DNA of 64,000 nt from Pseudomonadota bacterium (GCA_027488515.1 JAIYBN010000003.1:14752-78751), one strand, 5' to 3'. Positions 11,331 to 21,186 are shown, counted from the first letter of the stretch. The notes: a model not told the origin generated them from the letters alone. Numbers and translations are program-made.

Positions 11331-12119
11331 TCAATGGGCTTCCAGATTGAAGCAGCGACGGGCGTTTGCCGAGGTGATTTCAGCCAGCTCGGTGAACGGG
11401 ACCCCCAAAATCTCGGCAAGCTTCATCGCCGTGTGCTTGACCATGAAGGGTTCGCATTTCTTGCCACGTAAGGGCACCGGAGCGAGGAAGGGAGCGTCCG
11501 TTTCGACCAGGAGCCGGTCGATGGGAAGGGTTTTGGCCATTTCACGCAAAGCTTCCGAATTCTTGAAGGTCAGGATTCCGGAAAAGGAGATGAAGAATCC
11601 GAGATCGATGCAAGCCTTTGCGAATCCGTCCGTACCGGAGAAGCAATGAATCACTCCGAGAGAAGGACCTTTTTGTTTCAATGCATAATCCCGGAGCAGG
11701 GGGAGGAGGTCCTCTTCACCGTCCCTGGAGTGGATCACCACGGGTTTCCCGGCATCGGCCGCCAAATCGAGCTGAGCGGCACATTCCGCCTGCTGTTTAT
11801 TCCGATCCGAGTGCTCGTAATAGTAATCGAGTCCGATCTCTCCGATCGCGACGCACTTGGGATGGGACAGTCTCGGCTTCATGTCAGCGAGGACCGAGGC
11901 ATCCACTTTGGATGCGTCATGCGGGTGGACGCCGATCGTGTGGTACACGTTCGGAAAACGCTCGGAAATCTCCTTGACCGCATCGAAGTTCGACGGCTCG
12001 GTGCCGATGGTGATCAGGGTTCCGACGCCGGCTTCGAGCGCCTCTTTCACCAGTTGATCCGGACCTTTTCCACCGTCGTACTCGTAATCCAGGTGGCAAT
12101 GGGTGTCGATCAGGTTCAT
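11331..12119 (-). CDS. tatD: TatD family hydrolase/nuclease
   Basis: DTHCH, GVHPH, GEIGLDY, IHSR, HCFSG, ETDAPFLAP. Confidence 0.92.
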   Translation of the reverse strand: MNLIDTHCHLDYEYDGGKGPDQLVKEALEAGVGTLITIGTEPSNFDAVKEISERFPNVYHTIGVHPHDASKVDASVLADMKPRLSHPKCVAIGEIGLDYYYEHSDRNKQQAECAAQLDLAADAGKPVVIHSRDGEEDLLPLLRDYALKQKGPSLGVIHCFSGTDGFAKACIDLGFFISFSGILTFKNSEALREMAKTLPIDRLLVETDAPFLAPVPLRGKKCEPFMVKHTAMKLAEILGVPFTELAEITSANARRCFNLEAH

Positions 12120-13285
12120 TTGACGAGCATCCGTTCGATCAGTTCGATCCAGACCCGGGTGGGAAGACCGCCCTCGATCTTCCTGCCGTTGATGAAAAAC
12201 GTGGGGGTCGATTGGACTTTGAGTGCCACACCTGCGGCGGATTCGGCGCGGATCCGGTCACCCGTCGAGGGTTGCGCCAGACAGGCCTTCAGTTTGCCCG
12301 CGTCGAGTCCGTGAACATCTGCCAGCACCAGGTCGGCGATCTTGTCTTTCTCGAACCCGCCCTGGTGGCTGAACAGGCTCTCGTAGGCCTCGAGGAACCG
12401 GTCCTGTTCACCGGCGCAAACAGCCACAGCCGCCGCTTCGCATGCGAAGGGGTGGATGGTGCGCTTCAGGTTCGGATCGGTGTTGCACTCGGAAGCGAGC
12501 GGAAAATTCATGAACACGAAGCGGATCTGTTTTTCATACCGTTTGAAGAGAGGATGGATGGAGTTGGCTCCCAGTCGACAAGCGGGACACTCGTAGTCGC
12601 TGAATTTGACCACCGTGATCGGAGCATCCGCCGGTCCGACCGAAAAAACCGTGGCCGGCAGGTTCACCTGGTTGACGGGAGCGCTCAGGATACTTTCGAC
12701 ATGATCCTGAAGATCGGACGATTTGATCTCGGCCATGGGGTCGAGTCCTTTGGTCAGCAGGAATGCCACGACCAGGGAAGCGACTGCCGAGCCCGCCACG
12801 CGCGAAAACGGGAACGGACGATCCGACTTGCCGGCCCCCGGCAAGGTCCAAGCGACCACGAACAGGGCGCTGTTGATGACGTCGATGAACAGGCAGAGCA
12901 GACAGAGTTTGCCGATCACTCCGACCATGATTGCGAGGTAGACGGCGGAAAACGCCAAGGACAAACCGCTGAGCCCGATCAGCCACGGACGGAGGGCTTT
13001 CCGGTTGCCGCTGTCGAGAGCGAACAGTGCCAGGATCAGAATGAGGAGGTACCCGGCGATCGCGAACCCGGAGAGTGGAATTCCGCCCGGCAATTCTGCG
13101 AACCGGCTCATTTCGACCGCGGTGCAGTCGAAGGTCGCATTGATGTTGCAAAAACTTTTCATCTCTCCGCGGCCACTCCGGGTCAGATGGAAGAGGCGGG
13201 TCTGCCAGATGGAAATTGCCGCTCCTGCGGTCGCGAGGAGTGCCAACAAGGGAGTCAGTGCGGATCTGGTTTGATCGGTTTTCAT
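12116..13285 (-). CDS. VKOR-DsbA (thioredoxin-fold) fusion protein
   Basis: N-terminal VKOR (SFCNINATFDCTAV, CLLC in TM4); C-terminal DsbA-like FSDYECPAC, FPL, STPTFFING. Confidence 0.88.
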   Translation of the reverse strand: MKTDQTRSALTPLLALLATAGAAISIWQTRLFHLTRSGRGEMKSFCNINATFDCTAVEMSRFAELPGGIPLSGFAIAGYLLILILALFALDSGNRKALRPWLIGLSGLSLAFSAVYLAIMVGVIGKLCLLCLFIDVINSALFVVAWTLPGAGKSDRPFPFSRVAGSAVASLVVAFLLTKGLDPMAEIKSSDLQDHVESILSAPVNQVNLPATVFSVGPADAPITVVKFSDYECPACRLGANSIHPLFKRYEKQIRFVFMNFPLASECNTDPNLKRTIHPFACEAAAVAVCAGEQDRFLEAYESLFSHQGGFEKDKIADLVLADVHGLDAGKLKACLAQPSTGDRIRAESAAGVALKVQSTPTFFINGRKIEGGLPTRVWIELIERMLVK

Positions 13286-13286
13286 G

Positions 13287-14048
13287 TCATTGGACCTTTC
13301 CGGCTTTGAACATCAGGTATTGTGCGAAAGCGAGGATCATCAACCCACTCAGGATCTTGATCCGGTTCATCCACTGGCCGGCACGGGGCAATCTCTGGAG
13401 AGAACCCGCGAAGGCTGCGATCCCGATCAACAAGGTGCCGAGACCCAGGGCGAAAAAAATCATCAGACCCAGCCCGAGAATGACGGATTGGGTCTGTGCG
13501 ATGAAAGCGAGGATCGCCGACAAAACCGGCGTGGTACACGGGGCTGCGATGAATCCCGAAGATGCACCCAGGAAAAACGCACCGAGCAGGGTGGCTTCTT
13601 TCTCGGAGTTTCCGCGGGGCCCGGACGCGAGGCCGATCTTCCGCTTGAAGCGGTCCATGAGGGCTTGGGGATCGAAAGGGAGCACGTCCATCATCATCAG
13701 GGCCGCCAGAGTCATGATCACCGAGAGCCCGAGATACCAGCCCGAGGTGTTGGTCATGGCGCCAAAAACCTGACCCGTCAGTCCCGCAAGCACGCCGAGA
13801 AATGCGTAGATGATCGCCATGCCTAGGACATAAGCGATCCCCCGCAAGAGGATGCCCCGCTTGTTTCGCTCTTCATGGTGGGTCTGGATTCCGCCGACCA
13901 CTCCGATGGTGATGGGAATCATCGGGTAGATGCATGGAGTGAGGCTAGAAAGGATGCCGCCGAGGTAGGCCAGAGCGAGTGCCAGCAGTGCGCTGCTCCA
14001 GGAGCCGGAGCTCAGCAAATTTTGAAGACTTCCAGCAAGTTGATCCAT
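13287..14048 (-). CDS. CcdA/DsbD-type transmembrane thiol-disulfide electron transporter
   Basis: LTPCIYPMIP and AAPCTTPVL with about six TM segments. Confidence 0.88.
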   Translation of the reverse strand: MDQLAGSLQNLLSSGSWSSALLALALAYLGGILSSLTPCIYPMIPITIGVVGGIQTHHEERNKRGILLRGIAYVLGMAIIYAFLGVLAGLTGQVFGAMTNTSGWYLGLSVIMTLAALMMMDVLPFDPQALMDRFKRKIGLASGPRGNSEKEATLLGAFFLGASSGFIAAPCTTPVLSAILAFIAQTQSVILGLGLMIFFALGLGTLLIGIAAFAGSLQRLPRAGQWMNRIKILSGLMILAFAQYLMFKAGKVQ

Positions 14049-14063
14049 GTTACCCTGTTTATC

Positions 14064-15566
14064 ATGATCCGACGATTCGTGACCAGTCTTGTTTTTGTGG
14101 CCATTTGTGTGCAAGCGCTCGAGTTTTCAGCGTTTTCGGCCACATTGAGTGTTCAACTTTCGGCGGAGCCGACCCAGTTCGACCCTCTGCTTCTCGAGGA
14201 TGGTAACGGTCTCAAGATCGCCGCGAACACCTTCGGGACCTTGTTCGAGTACGACGGAAAAGGTGAGCGTTCGAAGAGCCTTGTCGAAACCTACGGGGTC
14301 TCCCGTGATCGCAAATCTTACACCTTCAAATTCAGAAAAGGCCTCACTTGGAGTGACGGCAAACCGTTTCACGCTTCACACTTCATGCTCGCAGTGAAGC
14401 GTCTGGTTCAATCGCCGGTCCGGGCCGCACTCAGTGAGCTCTTCCCCGAAATCGACCTGGGCGCTTCGCGGGTGGTGGATTCCAAAACTGTCGAGATCCG
14501 CCTGAAACGGGCCGACAACCAGTTTTTGAATTGGCTCACCTTGCCGCCCTTCTCTCCGATCCGCGAAGACCTGATCGATCGATACACCAAGGGGCGCAAC
14601 CCCGTGGCTCCCACGCTCGGAGCCTATGAAATCGTCGAATACAAACGGGAGTCCCATTTGCTGCTGAAGCGGAATCCGAACTTCCATGCATTCAATCCTG
14701 CGTCGGTGGAAGAGGTGAAAATCCGGTTTCTTCCGGAAGAGTCGTCCTTGCTTCCTTTGTTCAAGGCAGGATCGATCGACATCCTGAACAAGGTTCCCGT
14801 GCTCCAGGCCGAGGACATTGCGGATATCGGGACCGTCCGGGATGTCCCGGTCGAGGCGGTCACTTACCTGGCTTTCAACATCCGGAAACCACCCTTCAAC
14901 GACTTGAAGAACCGCGTGGCCGTCCGGGACGCGCTCGCGGGATCGAAAAAAGTCGAACTGGCACGCCTGCTCAAAACCGGGGAAGTGGCGGCCCCCACAT
15001 TCCTTCCGTCGATTCTGATTCCTTCCGGGGCTGTCCGGCGTGAGCGGTTGTCCAACGGATCGAAATCGAAGCCCGAGGTGAACGTGCCTTGGGTGATCCA
15101 GAGTGACATGAGTTCCCGTAACAAGACCCTGCTCGAATACGTGCAGAGCGAAATCAAAGACGAGCTCGGCTGGCGTCCGACCCTCGACCTGGTGGACTGG
15201 AAAGCGCACTACGCGCGCTTGAAGACAGAACCCGGTCAGATGTTCCGCTTCGGATGGCAGAATCCGGTCAGCGACCCTTATGTCGTCTACCAGGTGTTGA
15301 CCTCGAAGAGTCCCAACAATTTCACGGGTTGGTCGAATCCGGAATTCGACGAACTGGTGGACGAGTTGAAACAGGAAATGCGCCAGGTGAAGAAATCGAA
15401 ATTGATCAGCGATATCGAGTTGATTCTCTGGGAGGAGGCGCCGGTGATCCCGTTGCTGCACCAGAGATTGAAATTCGCTCATTCCAAACGGGTTTCAGGC
15501 TTCCGTGCGAACCCGTTCGGTGTAGTCGTTTTCCGCGAAATCCGTCTCGCGGAAGAGAAGAAGTGA
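14064..15566 (+). CDS. Peptide ABC transporter substrate-binding protein (SBP family 5, OppA-like)
   Basis: Signal peptide, EPTQFDP, YTFKFRKGLTWSDGKP, NNFTGWSNPEFD, EAPVIPL. Confidence 0.85.
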   Translation: MIRRFVTSLVFVAICVQALEFSAFSATLSVQLSAEPTQFDPLLLEDGNGLKIAANTFGTLFEYDGKGERSKSLVETYGVSRDRKSYTFKFRKGLTWSDGKPFHASHFMLAVKRLVQSPVRAALSELFPEIDLGASRVVDSKTVEIRLKRADNQFLNWLTLPPFSPIREDLIDRYTKGRNPVAPTLGAYEIVEYKRESHLLLKRNPNFHAFNPASVEEVKIRFLPEESSLLPLFKAGSIDILNKVPVLQAEDIADIGTVRDVPVEAVTYLAFNIRKPPFNDLKNRVAVRDALAGSKKVELARLLKTGEVAAPTFLPSILIPSGAVRRERLSNGSKSKPEVNVPWVIQSDMSSRNKTLLEYVQSEIKDELGWRPTLDLVDWKAHYARLKTEPGQMFRFGWQNPVSDPYVVYQVLTSKSPNNFTGWSNPEFDELVDELKQEMRQVKKSKLISDIELILWEEAPVIPLLHQRLKFAHSKRVSGFRANPFGVVVFREIRLAEEKK

Positions 15567-15573
15567 GACTGAA

Positions 15574-15927
15574 TCAGGCGTAAAAGCGTTTTTTACGCTC
15601 GTTCTGCTCCTGGCAGATCACGCAATGAGTGGATGCAGGATTGGCCAGGAGACGTCCGGAGTGAATCGGCTCGTCACAGGTTTCGCAGAGTCCGAAGGAT
15701 CCGTCGTCGATTTTCCGGAGAGCGGTGTCGATCTTGGCGATCCGGACCCGCTCTTGGTGTCTCTGTTTCAGGATCAGGCTCTGTTGGATTTCGCTTGCGG
15801 CGAGATCGGCTTCGTCCGGAAGGTCATCGGAAGAGATGTTGAGTTCACTTTCGATGCTCTTTCTGGAATGAGTGAGCAGGCGTTCACGTTCGGCTGACAA
15901 GGTGCTTTTGAATGTTTGTACGTCCAT
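15574..15927 (-). CDS. dksA: DksA/TraR C4 zinc-finger transcription factor
   Basis: Coiled-coil tip DEADLA (DxxDxA), FGLCETC...RLLANP...CVIC. Confidence 0.85.
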   Translation of the reverse strand: MDVQTFKSTLSAERERLLTHSRKSIESELNISSDDLPDEADLAASEIQQSLILKQRHQERVRIAKIDTALRKIDDGSFGLCETCDEPIHSGRLLANPASTHCVICQEQNERKKRFYA

Positions 15928-16075
15928 TTTAATTCCCCGGTTAAAACAGTTTCAGTGACAATCCATTCCGGTTCTGACGCGATACAGCACCCGAGGCATC
16001 CGTTTCCCGGGTTGCGCGGGCCCATCCTTGGGCGTTTTGACTTTCCCCGTCGGGAGCGTCAAAAATAAGTCGGTG
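15928..16075 (-). promoter_or_regulatory. Structured 5' leader of dksA with CsrA/RsmA-type GGA hairpins
   Basis: Minus strand GCCC-AAGGAT-GGGC hairpin (16020-16033), ACGGATG in a second stem-loop (15997-16003), and further GGA motifs near 15962-15970. Confidence 0.5.
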
Positions 16076-16225
16076 CATTACGGATATAAGTTTATCTAAG
16101 ATGGTTCAACCGGTTTAGCGTGAAGATTTCCTTGAAAGAACCGTAAAAGTCGGGATTTGCGCACCCGGTCTACCGGGGCAAAAAAGAGCGGAAAAATGAT
16201 GCGAAATGAGGATAAGGTATGCGGC

Positions 16226-17665
16226 ATGAAATCCGCTACAAAACCCCGTACCGCTGTGATCATTCTCGCTGCCGGCCTTGGAAAGAGAATGGCTTCCTCG
16301 CTGCCGAAAGTCCTCATTCCGGTCTGCGGTCGGCCGATGCTTTTCCAGATTCTCGACCGCCTTCAGGAGGTCGCACCCGGAACGCGTGTGAATCTCGTGG
16401 TCGGTCACCAGAAAGACAAGGTGATCGATTCGGTGCGGGCCGAGAAGTACGGTCTCAAGATCGACTTCACCGAGCAGACGGAGCAGAAGGGCACGGGTCA
16501 TGCAGTCCGTTGTGCGATGGAGTCCGATTGGGGTGTGACCACACTCAAGGCGAAAGAAGATGTTCTCGTTTTGCCGGGCGATCTCCCGCTGATCACCGGA
16601 GAGCTGCTCCGGGACATGCTCGACCCTCTCAAGCGCGGCTCAGCCATGCGACTCCTGACCGCCACTCTTTCCGATCCGACCGGATACGGACGGATCGTCC
16701 GGAAGGGAAAGGCGGGAGCCGTTCTCCGGATCGTGGAAGAGAAAGACGCCACTCCCCGTGAGAAGCTCCTGAACGAAGTGGGGGTTTCGATTTACACTTT
16801 CGCACCCCAGTTTCTTGCAACCGGTGTGGCATCTCTCAAAAACAACAATGCGCAAAAGGAATACTATCTGACCGACTTGATCGCCCAAGCGGTTTCAAAA
16901 AAGAGAACCATCGAAACCCTGAGTTGGGAAGCTCCGGATGACGTCCGTGGAGTGAACAACCCCTACGAGCTCTCCCTTGCCGCGGATTTGCTCAACGCCC
17001 GGATCCTGAAGGGTCATGCGTTGAACGGAGTCCGCTTCGTTTCCTTGCATTCTTGCAGGATCGAACCCGGTGTCCGGATCGAGCCCGATGTCACCATCTA
17101 TCCCGGAGTCATCCTCGAAGGGCAGACCCGCATCGGAAAAGGAACGGTCATCGGACCGAACGCGCTCCTGCGGAACACGACCGTCGGAGAAGGTGTGGAA
17201 ATCAAGTCCGGAACCGTCGCGGAGGAGTCCGCCATCGGAAACGCGGTGAAGGTGGGGCCGTATGCGCATCTCCGTCCCGGAAGCACGGTCCGGCAGGGGG
17301 CCAAGATCGGTAACTTCGTCGAGCTCAAGAAAACCGTCATCGGAGAGAACACCTCGGTGGCCCATCTCAGCTACCTCGGGGATGCGGAAGTCGGAAAGAA
17401 TGTGAATATCGGTTGCGGGTTTGTCACTTGCAATTATGACGGTCGGGTCATCGACGGGAGTCGCAAACATAAAACCGTGATCGAGGACGAGGTGTTCGTC
17501 GGGAGCGATTGCCAAACCGTTGCGCCCGTGACCCTCAAGCGCGGTTCGTTCGTCGCCTCGGGTTCCACGATCACCGACACGGTCGAAGAAGATGCTCTTG
17601 CCATCGCCCGCACCCGGCAAGTGGTGAAGCCCGGTTATGCGAAGAAATTGCGTGGGCAGGGGTGA
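16226..17665 (+). CDS. glmU: Bifunctional UDP-GlcNAc pyrophosphorylase / GlcN-1-P acetyltransferase
   Basis: LAAGLGKRM, GTGHAV, GYGRIVR, EYYLTD, hexapeptide repeats, GNFVELK, HLSYLGDA, TCNYDG. Confidence 0.95.
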   Translation: MKSATKPRTAVIILAAGLGKRMASSLPKVLIPVCGRPMLFQILDRLQEVAPGTRVNLVVGHQKDKVIDSVRAEKYGLKIDFTEQTEQKGTGHAVRCAMESDWGVTTLKAKEDVLVLPGDLPLITGELLRDMLDPLKRGSAMRLLTATLSDPTGYGRIVRKGKAGAVLRIVEEKDATPREKLLNEVGVSIYTFAPQFLATGVASLKNNNAQKEYYLTDLIAQAVSKKRTIETLSWEAPDDVRGVNNPYELSLAADLLNARILKGHALNGVRFVSLHSCRIEPGVRIEPDVTIYPGVILEGQTRIGKGTVIGPNALLRNTTVGEGVEIKSGTVAEESAIGNAVKVGPYAHLRPGSTVRQGAKIGNFVELKKTVIGENTSVAHLSYLGDAEVGKNVNIGCGFVTCNYDGRVIDGSRKHKTVIEDEVFVGSDCQTVAPVTLKRGSFVASGSTITDTVEEDALAIARTRQVVKPGYAKKLRGQG

Positions 17666-19773
17666 TGATGGATCGGGAACTCGATTTCGATTTTGACTGG
17701 AATCCAGAGGATTTTCAGGTTCGCGACGAGAATGAGCGGCCCGCTCCGGCGTTCGTCAACCGTTTGAACGATCCCCAGCGCGAGGCGACCCTCACCACCG
17801 AGGGCCCCCTGTTGGTGCTCGCGGGGGCGGGTTCGGGAAAGACCAAGATGCTGACCAGCCGGATCGCCTACCTGGTGTCCCACCTGGGAGTCCGTCCTTG
17901 GCAGATCTTGGCGGTGACGTTCACCAACAAGGCTGCCGGAGAGATGCGGGAGCGGGTTTACGCCCTTCTCGAAGAACAGGGAATGAACCGGCACGAGGTT
18001 CAGGGGCCGCTCGACATCGGCACGTTTCACGCGATCTGTGCGCGCATCCTCCGGAGGGAGGCGCAGAAACTGCCTTTCACCAAGCCTTTCGTGATCTATG
18101 ATGACAGCGATCAGTTGTCGCTCTTGAAGTCGATCGTCAAGCAGATGAATCTCGACGAGAAGATCTACCCGCCGAAGAGTTTCCAGTATGCGATCAACCG
18201 GCTCAAGTGCGATGCACTCGAACCGTCCGACCCGCTGGCCAAGACGGGGAGGGGGATCGACCGGAAGCTCTCCGAGGTCTACGAGATTTACCAAAAGGCG
18301 ATGATCGAGAACAATGCGGTCGATTTCGGCGAGATGATCACCCTCACCTACCGGCTGCTCCGGGATCATGCCGACGTCAGGGAAAAATACCAGCGTCGCT
18401 ACCGTTACATCCACGTGGACGAGTATCAGGACACCAATCGTGCGCAATATCTGCTGCTTTCCCTTCTGGGAAGCCCGAAGCACGGGAGTCACGGAAACAT
18501 CTGCGTGGTCGGCGACGAGGATCAATCCATTTACGGTTGGCGTGGTGCCGACATCCGGAACATCCTCGATTTCGAACGGGAGTATCCGGGGGCTCATGTG
18601 GTGAAGCTCGAGCAGAATTACCGGTCCACCCAGACCATCGTCGAGGCGGCCTCCGCCTTGATCGCGAACAACACCCAGCGCAAGAACAAAAAGCTATTCA
18701 GTGAGCAGGAAGTCGGTTGCCGGATCGCGCGGATCCAGTGTCCCGACGACCGCTTCGAGGCGGAGTGGGTGGTTCGTGAGATCAAACGTCTGACCCAGGA
18801 GTTCCCTGAATTGTCCCTGGATGAATTCGCAGTGTTTTACCGGACTCATGCCCAATCCCGTTTGGTGGAAGAATACCTCCGCCAGGCCCGCCTTCCGTAC
18901 AAAGTGGTCGGTGGGCTCCGGTTCTTCGACCGGAAAGAGATCAAGGACGTGATGGCCTATTTGCGCCTGGTCTACAACAGTTCCGACTCGATCTCATTCA
19001 AGCGCATCATCAACGTACCCGCCCGGGGGATCGGAAAGACCACGCTCGACAAACTCGATGGGGCGTGGGGACAGCAAGGAGCGCTCTGGGACTTTTTCTC
19101 GAAGGAAATGCGGGAGCCTTCCGTGTTTTCCGGAAAAACCCTCAAAAAATTGCAGGAGTTCAAGCGTTCGGTCGATTCGTGGATCGACGCCCAGCCCTCG
19201 ATGCTCGTGAGCGAGTTGTATCACCGGATGCTGGATGAGACCCGGTATGTCGAGGAGCTCAAAGCCGAGGGTAGCGATGAAGCGCTCGAGCGGGTCGACA
19301 ACCTCGAAGAATTCAACTCAGTGGTGCTCGAGTTCGAGGAGCGTGAGCTCCAGGGACTTTCCAAAGAGGAGATCGAGAGACGGAAGCCGCTCCTGCTCGG
19401 AAGATTCCTCGAGCAAACCACTCTTGCCGAATCCCCCGATACCGACGGCGTGGCCACCAGCGTGCAGCTCATGACCTTTCATGCTTGCAAGGGCCTCGAG
19501 TTCCCGGTGGTGTTCATGCTCGGGGTCGAGGAGGGGTTGTTTCCTTCCGTGCACGGTGATGAAAGCGAAGAGGATCGTGAAGAGCTCGAAGAAGAGCGTC
19601 GCCTCTGCTATGTTGGGATGACTCGTGCGCGAGAGCGGCTCTACATGTCTCACGCCTCGTTCCGGCGCGTGTGGGGGGATCTGCTGTACCAGTACCCGGC
19701 ACGTTTCTTCAAAGAGATTCCCGAAAAGTTCGTCGAAGTCAGGGATTTTTCGAAGAATGCGGGTCGATTCTGA
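17665..19773 (+). CDS. pcrA: ATP-dependent DNA helicase PcrA/UvrD
   Basis: AGAGSGKT, TFTNKAA, DEYQDTN, GDEDQSIYGWRGA, LEQNYRST, MTFHACKGLEF, EERRLCYVGMTRA. Confidence 0.92.
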   Translation: MMDRELDFDFDWNPEDFQVRDENERPAPAFVNRLNDPQREATLTTEGPLLVLAGAGSGKTKMLTSRIAYLVSHLGVRPWQILAVTFTNKAAGEMRERVYALLEEQGMNRHEVQGPLDIGTFHAICARILRREAQKLPFTKPFVIYDDSDQLSLLKSIVKQMNLDEKIYPPKSFQYAINRLKCDALEPSDPLAKTGRGIDRKLSEVYEIYQKAMIENNAVDFGEMITLTYRLLRDHADVREKYQRRYRYIHVDEYQDTNRAQYLLLSLLGSPKHGSHGNICVVGDEDQSIYGWRGADIRNILDFEREYPGAHVVKLEQNYRSTQTIVEAASALIANNTQRKNKKLFSEQEVGCRIARIQCPDDRFEAEWVVREIKRLTQEFPELSLDEFAVFYRTHAQSRLVEEYLRQARLPYKVVGGLRFFDRKEIKDVMAYLRLVYNSSDSISFKRIINVPARGIGKTTLDKLDGAWGQQGALWDFFSKEMREPSVFSGKTLKKLQEFKRSVDSWIDAQPSMLVSELYHRMLDETRYVEELKAEGSDEALERVDNLEEFNSVVLEFEERELQGLSKEEIERRKPLLLGRFLEQTTLAESPDTDGVATSVQLMTFHACKGLEFPVVFMLGVEEGLFPSVHGDESEEDREELEEERRLCYVGMTRARERLYMSHASFRRVWGDLLYQYPARFFKEIPEKFVEVRDFSKNAGRF

Positions 19774-19786
19774 TCCGGGAACCCGG

Positions 19787-20371
19787 TCAATCCAGGCGTT
19801 TCAGCCAGATGTGGATGTCGTGCGGTGCGGTCTCCTGACCCCCGAAATAAGGGTAGAGCTTGAACCCCTGCATTTTGCTCTTCGAGCAATTGCGGTTCAT
19901 CACCACGCGCTTGCCTTTGTAGTAAAAGGCGTATTTTCCATTCTCGAGGGCGATGGTTCCCTCTGAAACCTCGCCCGGGTGGGTGGTTCCGAGGTCCTGG
20001 AATGAGTGGATCCCCTTGTGGTCGACGAAAGCCAGAATTTCAATCTTGGAAGTGTCCGGGTTCCATCGCCATCCGAAGCGGGCGCTGTTCTGTTGGGGGT
20101 CGAGCGCATTGCAATCGGTGAAGCCGAACAACTTGTTCACGTCAAGCTGGTTCTCGGCACTTTGAGACCGGTAAATCGCTCCATCATCGAGCTTGAAGCT
20201 CACCTTGAGGGTTTTCCCTTTGAAGTAACCCAGGTGAGTCCCGCTGCTGTGTTTGCCCTTTTTGATCTTGTAGGTCTTGCCCTGCTTGCAGTAGGCCCGG
20301 CTTTCTGAGGGGGCGACGAGCAGGCAAATGGATGCGAGCAGGAGGGGGAGCGAAAAAAAGGTGCCTTGCAT
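19787..20371 (-). CDS. Exported hypothetical protein, predicted beta-sandwich
   Basis: Signal peptide ending SRA; beta-rich body with NKLFGFTDC, NSARFGWRW, LYPYFGG; likely ATG at 20371. Confidence 0.7.
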   Translation of the reverse strand: MQGTFFSLPLLLASICLLVAPSESRAYCKQGKTYKIKKGKHSSGTHLGYFKGKTLKVSFKLDDGAIYRSQSAENQLDVNKLFGFTDCNALDPQQNSARFGWRWNPDTSKIEILAFVDHKGIHSFQDLGTTHPGEVSEGTIALENGKYAFYYKGKRVVMNRNCSKSKMQGFKLYPYFGGQETAPHDIHIWLKRLD

Positions 20372-20469
20372 AACCGGGGTGGATCGCAAGGTTCATGCCT
20401 GGAAAAACCTTAATTATTCCAAGGGCCCCACAGGGCTCGGGTGTCTAAGGTTGAGACACCTGACCCGAT

Positions 20470-20796
20470 TCAGCGTTCGACCGGGTATCCCGCTTCCTCC
20501 CAATCCGGGAAGCCGCCATCATCCACGCAGACCAGGTTCTTGAGTCCCTGGATCTCGAGCATCTGGCCCGCCATCTGGGCGCGTGCTCCTGCGCGGCAGT
20601 AGATGTATACGGCCTGGAACGGGCGGAGCTCGTCGTGGTGTCTCATCACCACGTCGACGGGGATGTTCCGAGAGCCGGGAATGCGTCCTTCCGAGAACTC
20701 GCCCGGCGTCCGGACGTCCAGGACCAGGGTGTTCGGGGTCGGGGACTGCAGGGTGGTGTGAAGCTCGGGGATGGTCATGAATTTCATATCCCTCAT
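20470..20796 (-). CDS. Rhodanese-like domain protein
   Basis: LDVRTPGEFSEGRIPGS, YCRAGAR active-site loop, GGFPDW. Confidence 0.88.
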   Translation of the reverse strand: MRDMKFMTIPELHTTLQSPTPNTLVLDVRTPGEFSEGRIPGSRNIPVDVVMRHHDELRPFQAVYIYCRAGARAQMAGQMLEIQGLKNLVCVDDGGFPDWEEAGYPVER

Positions 20797-20872
20797 GCTT
20801 AATCCTTGATGCGGCGCGCACTCAAGGAAAGGGGTCGTCAGGGTGGTGATTTTGTGGCAATTCTAGGGACTT

Positions 20873-21175
20873 ATGATCGAAGTCAATGAAGCGCTCATCC
20901 GGAAGGTGGCGGAGCTCTCCCGCCTGGAACTCAATGATGCCGAAATCGCAGAGTATGTGAAATCAATCGGCGACATCCTGAAGCACGTGGACCAGCTCTC
21001 GCAGGTGAACACGGAAGGGGTCGAACCGATGGTGTACGGAGTGGACGAGGTGCTGCGCCTCCGTCCCGATCAGGCCGAGGACTTCGGCAAGGATGCCCAA
21101 GGGCACCCGAGGGTACTCACCAGCGCCCCTGAAGTCATGTACGACGGGTTCAAAGTTCCCCAGATCATCGGGTGA
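20873..21175 (+). CDS. gatC: Asp/Glu-tRNA amidotransferase subunit C
   Basis: VAELSRLEL, VNTEGVEPM, LRPD, FKVPQII; first gene of gatCAB. Confidence 0.9.
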   Translation: MIEVNEALIRKVAELSRLELNDAEIAEYVKSIGDILKHVDQLSQVNTEGVEPMVYGVDEVLRLRPDQAEDFGKDAQGHPRVLTSAPEVMYDGFKVPQIIG

Positions 21176-21186
21176 AGGAGTCGAGC

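Noticed and set aside
16157-16186. GC hairpin upstream of glmU as a terminator
   Set aside because: It is followed by an A-run on + and preceded by the T-run on -, so it lacks a 3' U-tract in either direction.
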